A stretch of DNA of 64,000 nucleotides from an uncultured Acidobacteriota bacterium (GTDB taxonomy: Bacteria > Acidobacteriota > Vicinamibacteria > Vicinamibacterales > UBA8438). Of this stretch, positions 1-9,594 are shown piece after piece. Made by a program: the position numbers and the translations under genes. The notes below the pieces were generated by a model. The model did no database searches and was not told where the DNA came from. It saw only the letters and a program-made list of their open reading frames with translations. The stretch covers positions 267,882 through 331,881 of the forward strand of contig CAJWLU010000001.1 in NCBI GenBank assembly GCA_913043225.1. Direction: 5' to 3'. The first letter of the stretch is position 1. Each line of letters begins with the position of its first letter.

Positions 1-273
1 GTACTGAACAACATCCATCTGTTCGGGATGAGTCCGCAGGCCGCGATCGACGCGCCCCGGATCCGCCGACTTAGCGACGGGTCACTGGCGATCGAAGATC
101 GGATGCCCCAGGAAGCACGGGACGCGCTCGAAGCACGGGGCTACACGGTTCACACCCGGACGGGCTGGACCGCCGAGTTCGGGGGCGCGCAAGCGGTCGT
201 GATCGACCAGATGACCGGTCGTCGCATCGCCGGCGCGGATCGACGCCGCGAAGGCTGGGCGCTCGCCTACTAG
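1..273 (+). CDS. ggt: gamma-glutamyltransferase, C-terminal fragment (5' end outside window)
   Basis: Frame 1 is open from base 1 (VLNNIHLFGMSPQAAIDAPRI...REGWALAY*). This tail parallels the C-terminus of the complete GGT at 5674-7386 (FGMNIQEAVDAPRLHH...GAEDRRRTSAAVGF). Confidence 0.8.
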   Translation, partial: VLNNIHLFGMSPQAAIDAPRIRRLSDGSLAIEDRMPQEARDALEARGYTVHTRTGWTAEFGGAQAVVIDQMTGRRIAGADRRREGWALAY

Positions 274-289
274 AGCCGCCTGACACCTA

Positions 290-1099
290 CTAGTCCGGCT
301 GGTCGGAGCGAGAGGCATCCGGCACCGGTGCCTGGTAGATTGCCCGCCCCACGAAGAACGGTCCCATCTCCTGCATGTACTCGGAGGTCTGCGCGGTGGG
401 CCGCATGTCCTTAACCAACTTCGACAACGGGTAGAGCTCGGGGCCAATCAACCCGATCACGAATTCGTTGTCGTCCCGGTCGAGACCATGGCACTCGAGC
501 CGTACGTCCACCGCCAGCGCGAGCTCGCCATACCCGCGGCCGATCATGCCGTGTTCCATCAGGATGCGTCCCTGCTCGCCTCGTGACAAGCGGTTGAACG
601 CACCGAGCCGACGCAAGGGGTACCAGACACCCCAAGCCTGGTCTGGGTCGAGCACGTGGCGACGCACGCGGTGCAGTAAAAAGTCGGCCAGGTCGGTCTC
701 GCGCCCACTGGCATAGGTGCGCCCGAGCATGGTGAAATCGGGCGATGGCGTCAGGTCGGTGAACGCGGGTCCGACCAGCAGTTCGCGGCCCGCATCGACG
801 AACAGCTGCGGATCTTCTGACATCAGCACGACGCCGACCCCCCGCGGGTCGTTCACGTTGGCATAGACAGCAGCCTCGAGACCGCTGGACCGGACCGCTT
901 CGATCACCGCGTCTTGGTCGAGACACCCGGTAAAGACCTGCAGTTGGACGAAGAGGCGCGACTCGAGGGTCTGTGGTTCACCACGAATGGGGGCACCATG
1001 TTCGACCAGATCCGGCACGAATTTCTCCATCGCCGCGGCCGGTGGGCGGCCGCGGGACGACGAACGGGAAGCAGAGGGCAGGTCGGTCTTGTCGGTCAT
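290..1099 (-). CDS. chlorite dismutase / HemQ (coproheme decarboxylase) family protein
   Basis: 269-aa ORF; overlapping antisense ORFs are Arg/Pro-rich junk. Motifs RLFVQLQVFTG, WGVWYPLRR and MEHGMIGRGY recalled as Cld/HemQ family. Met at 1030 (MEKFVPDL...) is the more plausible start. Family call from memory. Confidence 0.65.
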   Translation of the reverse strand: MTDKTDLPSASRSSSRGRPPAAAMEKFVPDLVEHGAPIRGEPQTLESRLFVQLQVFTGCLDQDAVIEAVRSSGLEAAVYANVNDPRGVGVVLMSEDPQLFVDAGRELLVGPAFTDLTPSPDFTMLGRTYASGRETDLADFLLHRVRRHVLDPDQAWGVWYPLRRLGAFNRLSRGEQGRILMEHGMIGRGYGELALAVDVRLECHGLDRDDNEFVIGLIGPELYPLSKLVKDMRPTAQTSEYMQEMGPFFVGRAIYQAPVPDASRSDQPD

Positions 1100-1217
1100 T
1101 GGGCTCGAGCCTCGAAGAATCGGGCGACCATTCTATACGAGGCAGCGTCTGACTCTCGGAACGCCCCTGCACACCAGGTTGTCGGCGTCTGGCCCGGGTG
1201 ATAGTGTCGAGTTGTCC

Positions 1218-1589
1218 ATGCGACATGCCGCGCTCGTCCCAGCGCTCCTGTTCTTGACGCCCGTGATGGGGGACACTTTCGCGCAGGAGCGCAAAGTCGA
1301 CCCGCTGCCCGCGGTCGAGCTAGCGGTGAACCTCGAGCGGCTGAAGCAACGGCTGGCGGAGCTACCCGAGAGCGACGAAGAACGGTCGCTGCTAAAGCTC
1401 GATTACTATGTCTCGGTCTATGGTCGAGCGCCCGAGATCAACGTGCTCGAAGGCTTCGATCTCCACAACGGCCCGGTGCCGTTCGGGCCACCGATGCACG
1501 ACGACTTCCAGGCGCTCTGGACCCCCGAGGAGTTCAGTGCGCCGGCGGCCGACCTCACGTCGATCCTGGGCTGGCTGCTCAAACGGTAG
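1218..1589 (+). CDS. hypothetical secreted protein
   Basis: In-frame ATG at 1218 gives MRHAALVPALLFLTPVMGDTFA..., a signal-like N-terminus. The first 77 codons of the tracked ORF (987-) overlap the Cld gene start and look non-coding. No family recognised. Confidence 0.5.
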   Translation: MRHAALVPALLFLTPVMGDTFAQERKVDPLPAVELAVNLERLKQRLAELPESDEERSLLKLDYYVSVYGRAPEINVLEGFDLHNGPVPFGPPMHDDFQALWTPEEFSAPAADLTSILGWLLKR

Positions 1590-1727
1590 TCTTAACGGGT
1601 CAGCCGCACGTGAACTTCGTCCTGCTCGCCGCTTCCCATACAATATGCGGTCGGTGAGCCGCGTCACGCGGTTCGAGGATTCCCTCCTGGCCGGCGCGCT
1701 CCGGGCCCGGCCACGTTCACGACCGAG

Positions 1728-2828
1728 GTGAGATCAGTGGGTTCAGCAACCATCGACTACAAAGCTGGTGTTTCGGGTCTCGACGGACTTCTGAGCGTAC
1801 TGGGCGACGACGCCGCGCTACTCGACCATACGTGCTGTACGATTCCATCCGGCGACCTCCATCTGCCGGGACCTGATTTCGTCGATCGCTGCGTAACCCC
1901 GTCGAACCGTCCCATCCGGGTACAGACCGCGCTTCAGTCGCTGTTTGGCGCAGGGCGGCTGGCAGGGACCGGCTATCTCTCGATCCTGCCGGTCGACCAG
2001 GGCATCGAGCACTCGGGAGGTGCCTCGTTCGCCCCGAACCGAAACTATTTCGACCCCGAGAACATCGTGCGGCTGGCGATCGACGGGGGCTGTAACGCCG
2101 TGGCGTCGACTCTGGGCGTGCTGGGCGCCGTCTCGCGCCGCTACGCGCACAAGATCCCGTTCATCCTGAAGTTCAACCACAACGAGTTCCTCTCCTACCC
2201 GAACAGCTACGACCAGATCCGCTTCGCCACGATCGAGCAGGCGTTCGACATGGGCGCGATGGGCGTCGGCGCCACGATCTACTTCGGTTCAGACGAGTCG
2301 CGCCAGCAACTGATCGAAGTGTCGGAGATGTTCCAGCAGGCGCACGAAATGGGTATGTTCACGGTGCTGTGGTGCTACCTCCGCAACTCGGACTTCAAGA
2401 CCGCCGACGCCGACTACCACACCGCCGCCGACCTGACCGGCCAGGCGAACCACCTCGGCGTTACCATCGAAGCGGACATCATCAAGCAGAAGCTGCCAGA
2501 AACCAACGGCGGCTACACCGCACTCAAGTTCGGGAAGACGCACAAGAGCGTCTACGATCAGCTGACGACCGACCACCCGATCGACCTGACCCGCTATCAG
2601 GTGGCCAACTGCTACATGGGCCGGGCCGGGCTCATCAACTCCGGCGGCGCCTCATCGGGCGAGAGCGACCTCAAGGAAGCGGTCAAGACCGCGGTCATCA
2701 ACAAACGCGCCGGCGGTACCGGACTGATCTCGGGTCGGAAGGCGTTCCAGCGTCCGATGAACGAAGGCGTCACGCTCTTGAACGCCATTCAGGACGTCTA
2801 CCTAACGAAGGAAATCACAATCGCGTAG
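1728..2828 (+). CDS. fbaB: class I fructose-bisphosphate aldolase (FbaB/DhnA type)
   Basis: 366 aa, collinear with E. coli FbaB as I remember it: [93 protein letters not shown], ending ITIA*. Confidence 0.9.
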   Translation: MRSVGSATIDYKAGVSGLDGLLSVLGDDAALLDHTCCTIPSGDLHLPGPDFVDRCVTPSNRPIRVQTALQSLFGAGRLAGTGYLSILPVDQGIEHSGGASFAPNRNYFDPENIVRLAIDGGCNAVASTLGVLGAVSRRYAHKIPFILKFNHNEFLSYPNSYDQIRFATIEQAFDMGAMGVGATIYFGSDESRQQLIEVSEMFQQAHEMGMFTVLWCYLRNSDFKTADADYHTAADLTGQANHLGVTIEADIIKQKLPETNGGYTALKFGKTHKSVYDQLTTDHPIDLTRYQVANCYMGRAGLINSGGASSGESDLKEAVKTAVINKRAGGTGLISGRKAFQRPMNEGVTLLNAIQDVYLTKEITIA

Positions 2829-2840
2829 GTTCCGGCGAAC

Positions 2841-3095
2841 CTACTCTTCCCGGGCCCAAAGTTCCAGGCGGATAGACAGCAAGAAGTATTTCTTCCGAAG
2901 CTCGACCACCCTCTCTGAATAGCCCGCACTCGGAATCTCCTTCCGCCGAAGCCGCCGGCGCAACTGGCGTAACTCGAACCGATACAGATCGTTGATGACC
3001 TCCTTCGCCTTCGCCGGCGGAGTGGTCACCCGCGGCCGCACGCCAAAGAGCAGCAGCTCTTCCAGAACACGCGGATGGTAGGTGTATTGCGGCAC
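2841..3095 (-). CDS. hypothetical small basic protein
   Basis: 84-aa ORF filling the gap between fbaB (convergent) and the transglycosylase gene (divergent). Third-position G/C bias looks coding. Basic helical stretch RQLRRRLRRKEIP. No family recognised. Confidence 0.4.
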   Translation of the reverse strand: MPQYTYHPRVLEELLLFGVRPRVTTPPAKAKEVINDLYRFELRQLRRRLRRKEIPSAGYSERVVELRKKYFLLSIRLELWAREE

Positions 3096-3142
3096 GGACT
3101 TCAGACCTCAGGCGTGGATTCTACGATCGACCTAGGGTTTTC

Positions 3143-5434
3143 GTGCAGCGCACTCATCGCGAAAACCAGATAAGGTCGCCGGCCACGGCTCACACGAAGG
3201 CGACCGCGTGGTACCCTGACCACGTGCGGCGGGACACCCCTGTCATCCACCCTCACGTTCTCCCCCTCATTGCCGCTGTCGCGGTGTCGCTGGTCGTCAA
3301 CGCAGCTCCGCTCTTTGCCAACGACGACCTGACGGTGCCGTCACCGACCTATCCGGAGGCGGTGGAGGCGATGCGGGCCGGCAACTCGGCCGCGGCGCTC
3401 GAACAGCTCGATGCGGCGGTCAGTGTGGGAACGCCACCACTCGAAGCGCTGGTCCTCCGAGCCACCTTACTCGACCAACTGGGACGGCCAGCGGCCGACG
3501 GCGCCTGGAACGCGGTTATTGAGCGCGAGGTCTGGATGCGCACCTTCGCCAGACGGGCCCTGGTGGTGGGGCGAACCGACCGAGGAAACCTCTCCGGAGC
3601 CCGGTCGCTCCTCGCGGATCTGGATCGGGCAGACGCGACGCGCCACATAGACCTCGCGATGGACCTCGCGGGCGCGGCGGCGCGGGGCGGCGATCCCGCG
3701 ATGGCCGCCGAACTGTATCGTTCCGTGCTCGGACGACGCAGCCGGGGCGCCACCGCCGACCGCGCCCGTCTGGGTCTCGCCGCGGCTCAAGAGGCCAGCG
3801 GCGACGTCGTCGCGGCCTTGACGACCCTCCGAGAGACCCAGCTCGAACATCGGACCGGCCTGGGCTATACCGACGCCGTCGCGGCGGAGTCGCGGCTGCT
3901 GGCGGTGAGCGGACGCGCAGCGCGTCCGCTCACCGCCGAACAGCACCGAACCCTCGTGCGGCGGCTGCGCGGCTACTCGCGCTACACGGAGGCCGCCGCC
4001 CTTATCGAGGCGTGGCGGGCCGTGGCGCCTGAAGCAGCCGAACGGATCGACGCTGAGCTCGTGGGGGTGCTCTACGACGGCCGCGCCAACGAAGACGCCG
4101 TGGCGCTCTGCCTAGCCTTTACCGATCGGTACCCGTCCAGCGCTCTGCTCCCCGGCGTGCGACTGACCGAGTTCAGGCTGGCGGTGCGCATGGGCGATAC
4201 CGCAAAGGCCAAACGGCTCGGTCAGATGCTCTGGCGCGGCGATTTCAGTGGCTCGACGGCGTCCGACCGGTTCGCCGCCGGCGAGCTGCTGGCCGCCTAT
4301 CTGGTGGCAGTCGGGGAAGTCGACGAGGCCCTGCGCCTGTATCGGGAGCTCTTCCAGGGCGCGCGGGGCGGCGACGCGCAGCGGCGGATACTGTGGAAGG
4401 CAGGCGTGGCGGCATTGCGCGCGGGCGATGCCAACCGTGCCCTCACGAATCTCCGCGCGCTGAATCGACGAAACCCTACCGGCGACCTGGAGCCGGCCGG
4501 CATCTACTGGCAGGCGGTAGCCGAGCTGACTGCGGGCGAAGAGCAAGGTCCGGCCCACCGCGCACTAAACAGACTCGTCCAGACCCGTCCCCATCATTAC
4601 TACGGGCTCCAAGCGGCGGCCCGGCTGAAAGAGCTCGGAGCCGATCTGCCATCGCCGGCTGCCCGCGAATTCCCGACGCTAACGCTCGAGGCTTCCACCC
4701 GTGCGCGGGCGGAGTTCAAAGCCGCAATGACCCTGGCCCGCGCCGGACTGGTCAACGATGCGGCGTGGTATCTCCGGCGGCTACTAGAGGACGAGACGCG
4801 CAATCGGGCACTGGCGCTGCTGGCCACCCGCGCCTCGGCCGAAGGTAGCGCGTGGGAAGCGGTGCCGCGACTCCTGGTGACACACTTCGCCGGCTATCTG
4901 CAGCAAGGGGCCGACGCGCTGCCGGAAGACTTCTACCAGCTGGTCTATCCTCGTCCCTACGACAGCGCCGTGACCCCCGCGGCAGCGGATAGGGATATCG
5001 ATCCGGGTCTCATGTTCTCGCTAATGCGACAGGAGTCGCGATTCGACGCTGACGCCCGCTCGTTCGTGGGCGCGCTGGGACTGTTTCAGATCATGCCCTA
5101 CACCGCCACCGATCTCGGGCCACGGTCCGGCCTCGACGAGCTCTCGGCGGCCGATCTCGAAGACGAGGAGGTCTTGCTCCGACCAGAGGTCAACGCCAGC
5201 ATCGCGGCCACGCTCGCCGGCGACCTCCTGACTATGTTCAGCGGTCAGCTCGCCCCAGTCATCGCCTCCTACAACGCGGGCGAAGAGCGCGTGGCCATCT
5301 GGTGGGAGTCGGCGCGGGAACTCAGCGAAGATCTGTTCGTCGACACCATTCCCTACAGCGAGACTCGACGGTTCGTCCGGGAAGTGCTGGCCAACGTCGC
5401 CGGGTACCAGCGGGTGTACGGCACCACCCAATAG
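3143..5434 (+). CDS. soluble lytic murein transglycosylase (Slt70-like, superhelical N-domain + SLT domain)
   Basis: Hydrophobic N-terminus (VLPLIAAVAVSLVVNAAPLFA) and a long Ala/Leu/Arg-rich TPR-like region. C-terminal SLT motifs LMRQESRFDADARSFVGALGLFQIMPYTA and ASYNAGE. Start is GTG 3143 or GTG 3224, uncertain. Confidence 0.85.
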   Translation: MQRTHRENQIRSPATAHTKATAWYPDHVRRDTPVIHPHVLPLIAAVAVSLVVNAAPLFANDDLTVPSPTYPEAVEAMRAGNSAAALEQLDAAVSVGTPPLEALVLRATLLDQLGRPAADGAWNAVIEREVWMRTFARRALVVGRTDRGNLSGARSLLADLDRADATRHIDLAMDLAGAAARGGDPAMAAELYRSVLGRRSRGATADRARLGLAAAQEASGDVVAALTTLRETQLEHRTGLGYTDAVAAESRLLAVSGRAARPLTAEQHRTLVRRLRGYSRYTEAAALIEAWRAVAPEAAERIDAELVGVLYDGRANEDAVALCLAFTDRYPSSALLPGVRLTEFRLAVRMGDTAKAKRLGQMLWRGDFSGSTASDRFAAGELLAAYLVAVGEVDEALRLYRELFQGARGGDAQRRILWKAGVAALRAGDANRALTNLRALNRRNPTGDLEPAGIYWQAVAELTAGEEQGPAHRALNRLVQTRPHHYYGLQAAARLKELGADLPSPAAREFPTLTLEASTRARAEFKAAMTLARAGLVNDAAWYLRRLLEDETRNRALALLATRASAEGSAWEAVPRLLVTHFAGYLQQGADALPEDFYQLVYPRPYDSAVTPAAADRDIDPGLMFSLMRQESRFDADARSFVGALGLFQIMPYTATDLGPRSGLDELSAADLEDEEVLLRPEVNASIAATLAGDLLTMFSGQLAPVIASYNAGEERVAIWWESARELSEDLFVDTIPYSETRRFVREVLANVAGYQRVYGTTQ

Positions 5435-5673
5435 ACAGATCTCCTTCGTCCTAACTCCAGCGTTCTGCGGTACTCGCTACCCTATCTCCATCAGATTTTC
5501 GTCGGCGGACAGAGCAGATCGACGGCGCCGGAAAGTCGTCCAGTCGCAGTCACGGGCAGCACTGGGCGCGGTGGTAAATATGCGTGATTCAGCACGAAGC
5601 TCTTCAAGTGATCGAACCCAGGGAAGCAACGTGTCGCTGATCGCTACGGGGTGTCCTGGGCGGCTCAATCGGC

Positions 5674-7386
5674 TCAAAACCCGACCGCCGCACTGGTGCG
5701 TCGGCGGTCTTCTGCGCCCTCAAGCATGTCGTTCTTGCCGTCGTGGTAGATCGCCGAGACCGCGCCCTGCACGCGGGTCTCGACCATCTGGTGCCCGCGC
5801 GCCCTGAGCAGGGCCAGCGTGTCTGGCGACAGCCCCCATCGCTCGTAGCGGGTTTCATCCGGCAACCACTGGTGATGCAGACGCGGCGCGTCTACCGCCT
5901 CCTGAATGTTCATCCCGAAATCGATGACGTTGACCAGCGTCAGCAGCACCGTATTGATGATCGTGCGGCCACCGGGTGAGCCGGTGACCATGAGCAAATT
6001 GCCGTCGCGAGCGACGATAGTAGGGGTCATGCTGGACAGCATCCGCTTGCCCGGCTCCGCCAGATTCGGTCCAGTGCCGATGAGGCCCGTCTCGGTGGTC
6101 ATCCCTGGAGCAGGATTGAAGTCGCCCATCTCGTTGTTCAACAGGAAACCGGCGCCGGGCACAGTGATCTTCGAGCCGTACCCCTGCTCGAGGGTGTAGG
6201 TCAGCGAGACGGCGTTCCGCTCGGCATCCACCGTCGACACATGCGTGGTCTCGTCCCCTTCCGTCGGCCATTCGAAACTGGACGGTGATGAGACGGATGC
6301 GCGATCGAGGTTGATCGTCTTTCGGAGTTCCTCTGCGTACTCCTTCGAGATCAGCTGGTCGATCCGCATGTCGGCGTTGAACGCCGGATCTCCCAGATGC
6401 TGTGCCCTGTCTGCGTACGCGCGCCGCATCGCTTCGATCAACAGATGCGTCGTAGCCGCAGAGCCGGCGCCAAGCCTGGCCAGGTCGTAGCCTTCTAGAA
6501 CATTGAGCATCTCGATGACAGCGGTCCCTCCGGAACTGATGGGAGGCATCGAGATGATCTCGTGGCCACGGTAGATGCCTCGGATGGGCGTCCGTCGAAT
6601 CGCGCGGTAGGCGCCCAAGTCGACCTGGGTGATGAGCCCGCCATTGGCGGCCATCTCCTGCTCGATCAGCTCGGCCGTCACGCCCTGATAGAAGCCGGCC
6701 GGACCCTCCTCGGAGATTCGGGTCAGTGTGTCAGCCAACTCGCCCTGACGCAGGGTCTCGCCGGTCTGATAGGGCTCTCCGTTATTGGAGAACTGCGCGA
6801 CCGAGGCCGGGTAGTCGGCCATCCGGGGCAGCACGCTGGCGAGCGAGCTGGCGAGTGGGTTGGACACCGGAAAACCGTCCCTGGCCAGCGCGATCGCGGG
6901 GGCCAGTAGCCGCTCCCAGGGCAGGACACCATGGTCCGACCAGGCCAGGTACAGTCCAGCCACCGTCCCGGGCACACCGACCGCCAGGTGCGAGTCGTGA
7001 TGCAACACCCGGTCGTAGGCGCCACCGTCCATAAACATGGTCGGATAGGCTCGCGAGGGTGCCATCTCACGGAAGTCGTAGGCCACCGGCTCGCCCGTCA
7101 CGGGCCGATAGACCAGGAACCCACCTCCGCCGATGTTTCCGGCAGCCGGATAGGTAACAGCAAGCGCGAACGCGGTGGCCACCGTCGCGTCGATAGCGTT
7201 ACCTCCCTCGCGCATGACCTCCGCTCCCACCTCGGAGGCGAGCTGATCCTGAGAAACCACCATCGCCTGCCTGGCGCGAATCGGCTGGCTACTCGCCGTC
7301 AACGTGCTCGGCGTCAACACGAACAGGACACTAGCCAGCGCCAGAGACAACCGTCGCAACTGGCTCCGACCGAACGGCACCGTCAT
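5674..7386 (-). CDS. ggt: gamma-glutamyltransferase (full length)
   Basis: 570 aa with signal peptide. Motifs GGNAIDATVA and GNIGGGGF, autoprocessing/nucleophile region EGDETTHVSTVD, and GSPGGRTIINT. Confidence 0.9.
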   Translation of the reverse strand: MTVPFGRSQLRRLSLALASVLFVLTPSTLTASSQPIRARQAMVVSQDQLASEVGAEVMREGGNAIDATVATAFALAVTYPAAGNIGGGGFLVYRPVTGEPVAYDFREMAPSRAYPTMFMDGGAYDRVLHHDSHLAVGVPGTVAGLYLAWSDHGVLPWERLLAPAIALARDGFPVSNPLASSLASVLPRMADYPASVAQFSNNGEPYQTGETLRQGELADTLTRISEEGPAGFYQGVTAELIEQEMAANGGLITQVDLGAYRAIRRTPIRGIYRGHEIISMPPISSGGTAVIEMLNVLEGYDLARLGAGSAATTHLLIEAMRRAYADRAQHLGDPAFNADMRIDQLISKEYAEELRKTINLDRASVSSPSSFEWPTEGDETTHVSTVDAERNAVSLTYTLEQGYGSKITVPGAGFLLNNEMGDFNPAPGMTTETGLIGTGPNLAEPGKRMLSSMTPTIVARDGNLLMVTGSPGGRTIINTVLLTLVNVIDFGMNIQEAVDAPRLHHQWLPDETRYERWGLSPDTLALLRARGHQMVETRVQGAVSAIYHDGKNDMLEGAEDRRRTSAAVGF

Positions 7387-7471
7387 CCGTCCATGATGGC
7401 TCCCTGGGTCGAGTTAGTGCAAGCATCGTTGGCCGGCCGGAACTTGCTACACTTTCCCGCCAGAGGTTCCC

Positions 7472-9559
7472 ATGTCAGAACGTCGAATCGTCACGCTAGC
7501 CGCCGCCACACTGCTCGTCTCATCACCCGCACTCGCCCAGTCGCGCGGGCTCCTTCCGACTGACTACTACCAAGAGGTTGGGGTCGGAGAGGTCGCCATC
7601 TCGCCCGATGGTGCACTCGTGGCCTTCACCGTCACCACGAACGACGAGGTGGAAAATCGGAGACATCGGGAGATCTGGCTACAGGAGCTGCGAGGCGGCA
7701 GACCCGAAGGCGACGCGTTTCGCTTCACCGACCCGACGCAGGAAGCGAGCGCACCACGCTGGTCTCCGGATAGCCACCTGCTGAGCTTTCAGTCTCGTCG
7801 CGGAGACGGCGCCGGTAATGGCACCACCTGGTTCGCCCGCGTGACCTTCCCCGGCGGCGAGGCTTACCAGATCGAAGGCGTGCGGGGTGCCCCCGTGTGG
7901 TCGCCTGACGGCGCCTGGCTCGCGTATGTGGCCCGTCCGGAGACCGGAGGCGAGGAACCAGGCGAACGGGAAGGCTGGATCGCGCCAGACGCCGTCACGG
8001 ACACGCTGGTCGCCGAGCGCTTCGACGGCCGGGTCATCACCTCGACCCGCTACAAGCGGGATGGCACTCTGAGCTTGCTGCCGCACTACCAAACGCAACC
8101 GAAACGCCAGCTATTCGTCGTCCAGGCTAACGGAGGCGAGCCGGTGCAACGGACCGACCTACCATTCGACGTCGGCGCTCCGGTGTGGTCAGCCAACGGC
8201 GAGCACATCTACTTCACGAGCGACGAGGACGAGGACGACGAGCTCAGGTTCACCCTCACGTCGAACATCTATCTGGTAGGACGAGAGGACGGCGAGCCGG
8301 AAACACTGACCTCCAATCCCGGCAGCGAGACCGCACCGGTAGTCTCGCCCGACGGAACCAAGCTGGCCTTCCTCCAATCCCGAGCCCGGGGAGAACCCAC
8401 CGACATCCGGGTCGTGAACCTAGCGACGGACGGCAGTTTCCGTGGGCTTCCGCGCAATCTGACGTCGGACTGGGAGTACATCCCAGGCCCCCCGAGCTGG
8501 ACAGCCACCGGCGAGGCGGTCCGTTTCGTGGCCGGAATCTCCGGCAACAGCCACGTGTACGAGCTCTCGATCACCGGTGACCTCATCCGACAGGTCACCG
8601 ACGGCGACCGGCAGGTGCGATCGCTCAGCGCGACCAGCGATGACCTGGTCATGGCCTATACCGTGACCGATGCGATCTCGCCAGCCGAGGTGTACGTCAA
8701 CCGGAGCGACGGCACCCTCCAGCAGCGGATCACGAGCTTCAACGACGGCTGGCTAAACGAGATCGCACTACAGCCGGCAGAGCCACTGACCTGGTCCGTC
8801 GAGGACGGCACGGAGATCGAAGGGTGGGTCGTCCGTCCGGTCGACTACGTCGACGGCGGGTCCTACCCGATGGTGGTGAAGATCCATGGCGGGCCGTACG
8901 GCGCCTACGGCAACAGGTTCTTCCGGACATTCCACGTCCTGTCAAATGCCGGCTTCTTCGTCCTCTACACGAATCCACGTGGCTCGACCGGCTACGGCCA
9001 CGACTTCATGTACGCGGCGACGCCAGGGTGGGGAGAAGTCGACTCGGAGGACATCCTGACTGGCATCGATGCCGCGTTGGCCGCCTATCCGGACATCGAC
9101 CCCGCTCGGATCGGCGTCTCAGGCGGCAGCTACGGCGGCTTCATGACGAACTGGTTGACGGCAACCACCGACCGGTTCGCGGCCGCCGTCACCAGCCGAT
9201 CGATCGCGGACTGGACCAGCCTGTACGGATCGAGCGACGCGCAGGGCCTGCTGGAGTTCGCCTTCGGAGGCCCACCCTGGGAGCAGCGTGAACTCTACGA
9301 CCGACTCTCGCCGATCAGGTATGTCGAGAACGTGACCGCGCCGACACTGATCATCCACAGCGAGAACGACTACCGAACACCGATCGGCGACGGCGAAAAG
9401 TGGTTTATGACGCTGAAGCACCGGGAGATCCCGACTGAGTTGGTCCGCTATCCCCGATCGAGCCACGGGCTGTCTCGCACCGGAGAACCCTGGCTACTGG
9501 TCGACCGGCTTGAGCGGCTCCGAAGCTGGTTCGTCCACTGGCTCGGTAACGACACCTAG
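7472..9559 (+). CDS. S9 family serine peptidase (prolyl oligopeptidase / acylaminoacyl-peptidase type)
   Basis: 695 aa with signal peptide (AAATLLVSSPALAQS). N-terminal propeller-type repeats (ISPDGALVAF, WSPDSHLL, WSPDGAWLAY, VSPDGTKLAF). C-terminal hydrolase with GGSYGGFMT nucleophile elbow, HSENDYRTP and SSHGL. Confidence 0.9.
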   Translation: MSERRIVTLAAATLLVSSPALAQSRGLLPTDYYQEVGVGEVAISPDGALVAFTVTTNDEVENRRHREIWLQELRGGRPEGDAFRFTDPTQEASAPRWSPDSHLLSFQSRRGDGAGNGTTWFARVTFPGGEAYQIEGVRGAPVWSPDGAWLAYVARPETGGEEPGEREGWIAPDAVTDTLVAERFDGRVITSTRYKRDGTLSLLPHYQTQPKRQLFVVQANGGEPVQRTDLPFDVGAPVWSANGEHIYFTSDEDEDDELRFTLTSNIYLVGREDGEPETLTSNPGSETAPVVSPDGTKLAFLQSRARGEPTDIRVVNLATDGSFRGLPRNLTSDWEYIPGPPSWTATGEAVRFVAGISGNSHVYELSITGDLIRQVTDGDRQVRSLSATSDDLVMAYTVTDAISPAEVYVNRSDGTLQQRITSFNDGWLNEIALQPAEPLTWSVEDGTEIEGWVVRPVDYVDGGSYPMVVKIHGGPYGAYGNRFFRTFHVLSNAGFFVLYTNPRGSTGYGHDFMYAATPGWGEVDSEDILTGIDAALAAYPDIDPARIGVSGGSYGGFMTNWLTATTDRFAAAVTSRSIADWTSLYGSSDAQGLLEFAFGGPPWEQRELYDRLSPIRYVENVTAPTLIIHSENDYRTPIGDGEKWFMTLKHREIPTELVRYPRSSHGLSRTGEPWLLVDRLERLRSWFVHWLGNDT

Positions 9560-9594
9560 ACCGGTGGACAGGAGTAGCCAGGCGGGCAGAGCAC

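Noticed and set aside
5435-5673. 240-bp spacer between convergent transglycosylase and ggt genes with a 66-aa ORF (5477-5677) and a GATCGAACC T-loop-like string; checked for tRNA/ncRNA
   Set aside because: No acceptor or anticodon stem pairing could be built around the T-loop-like string. The ORF has no RBS or recognisable motif and overlaps the ggt 3' end.
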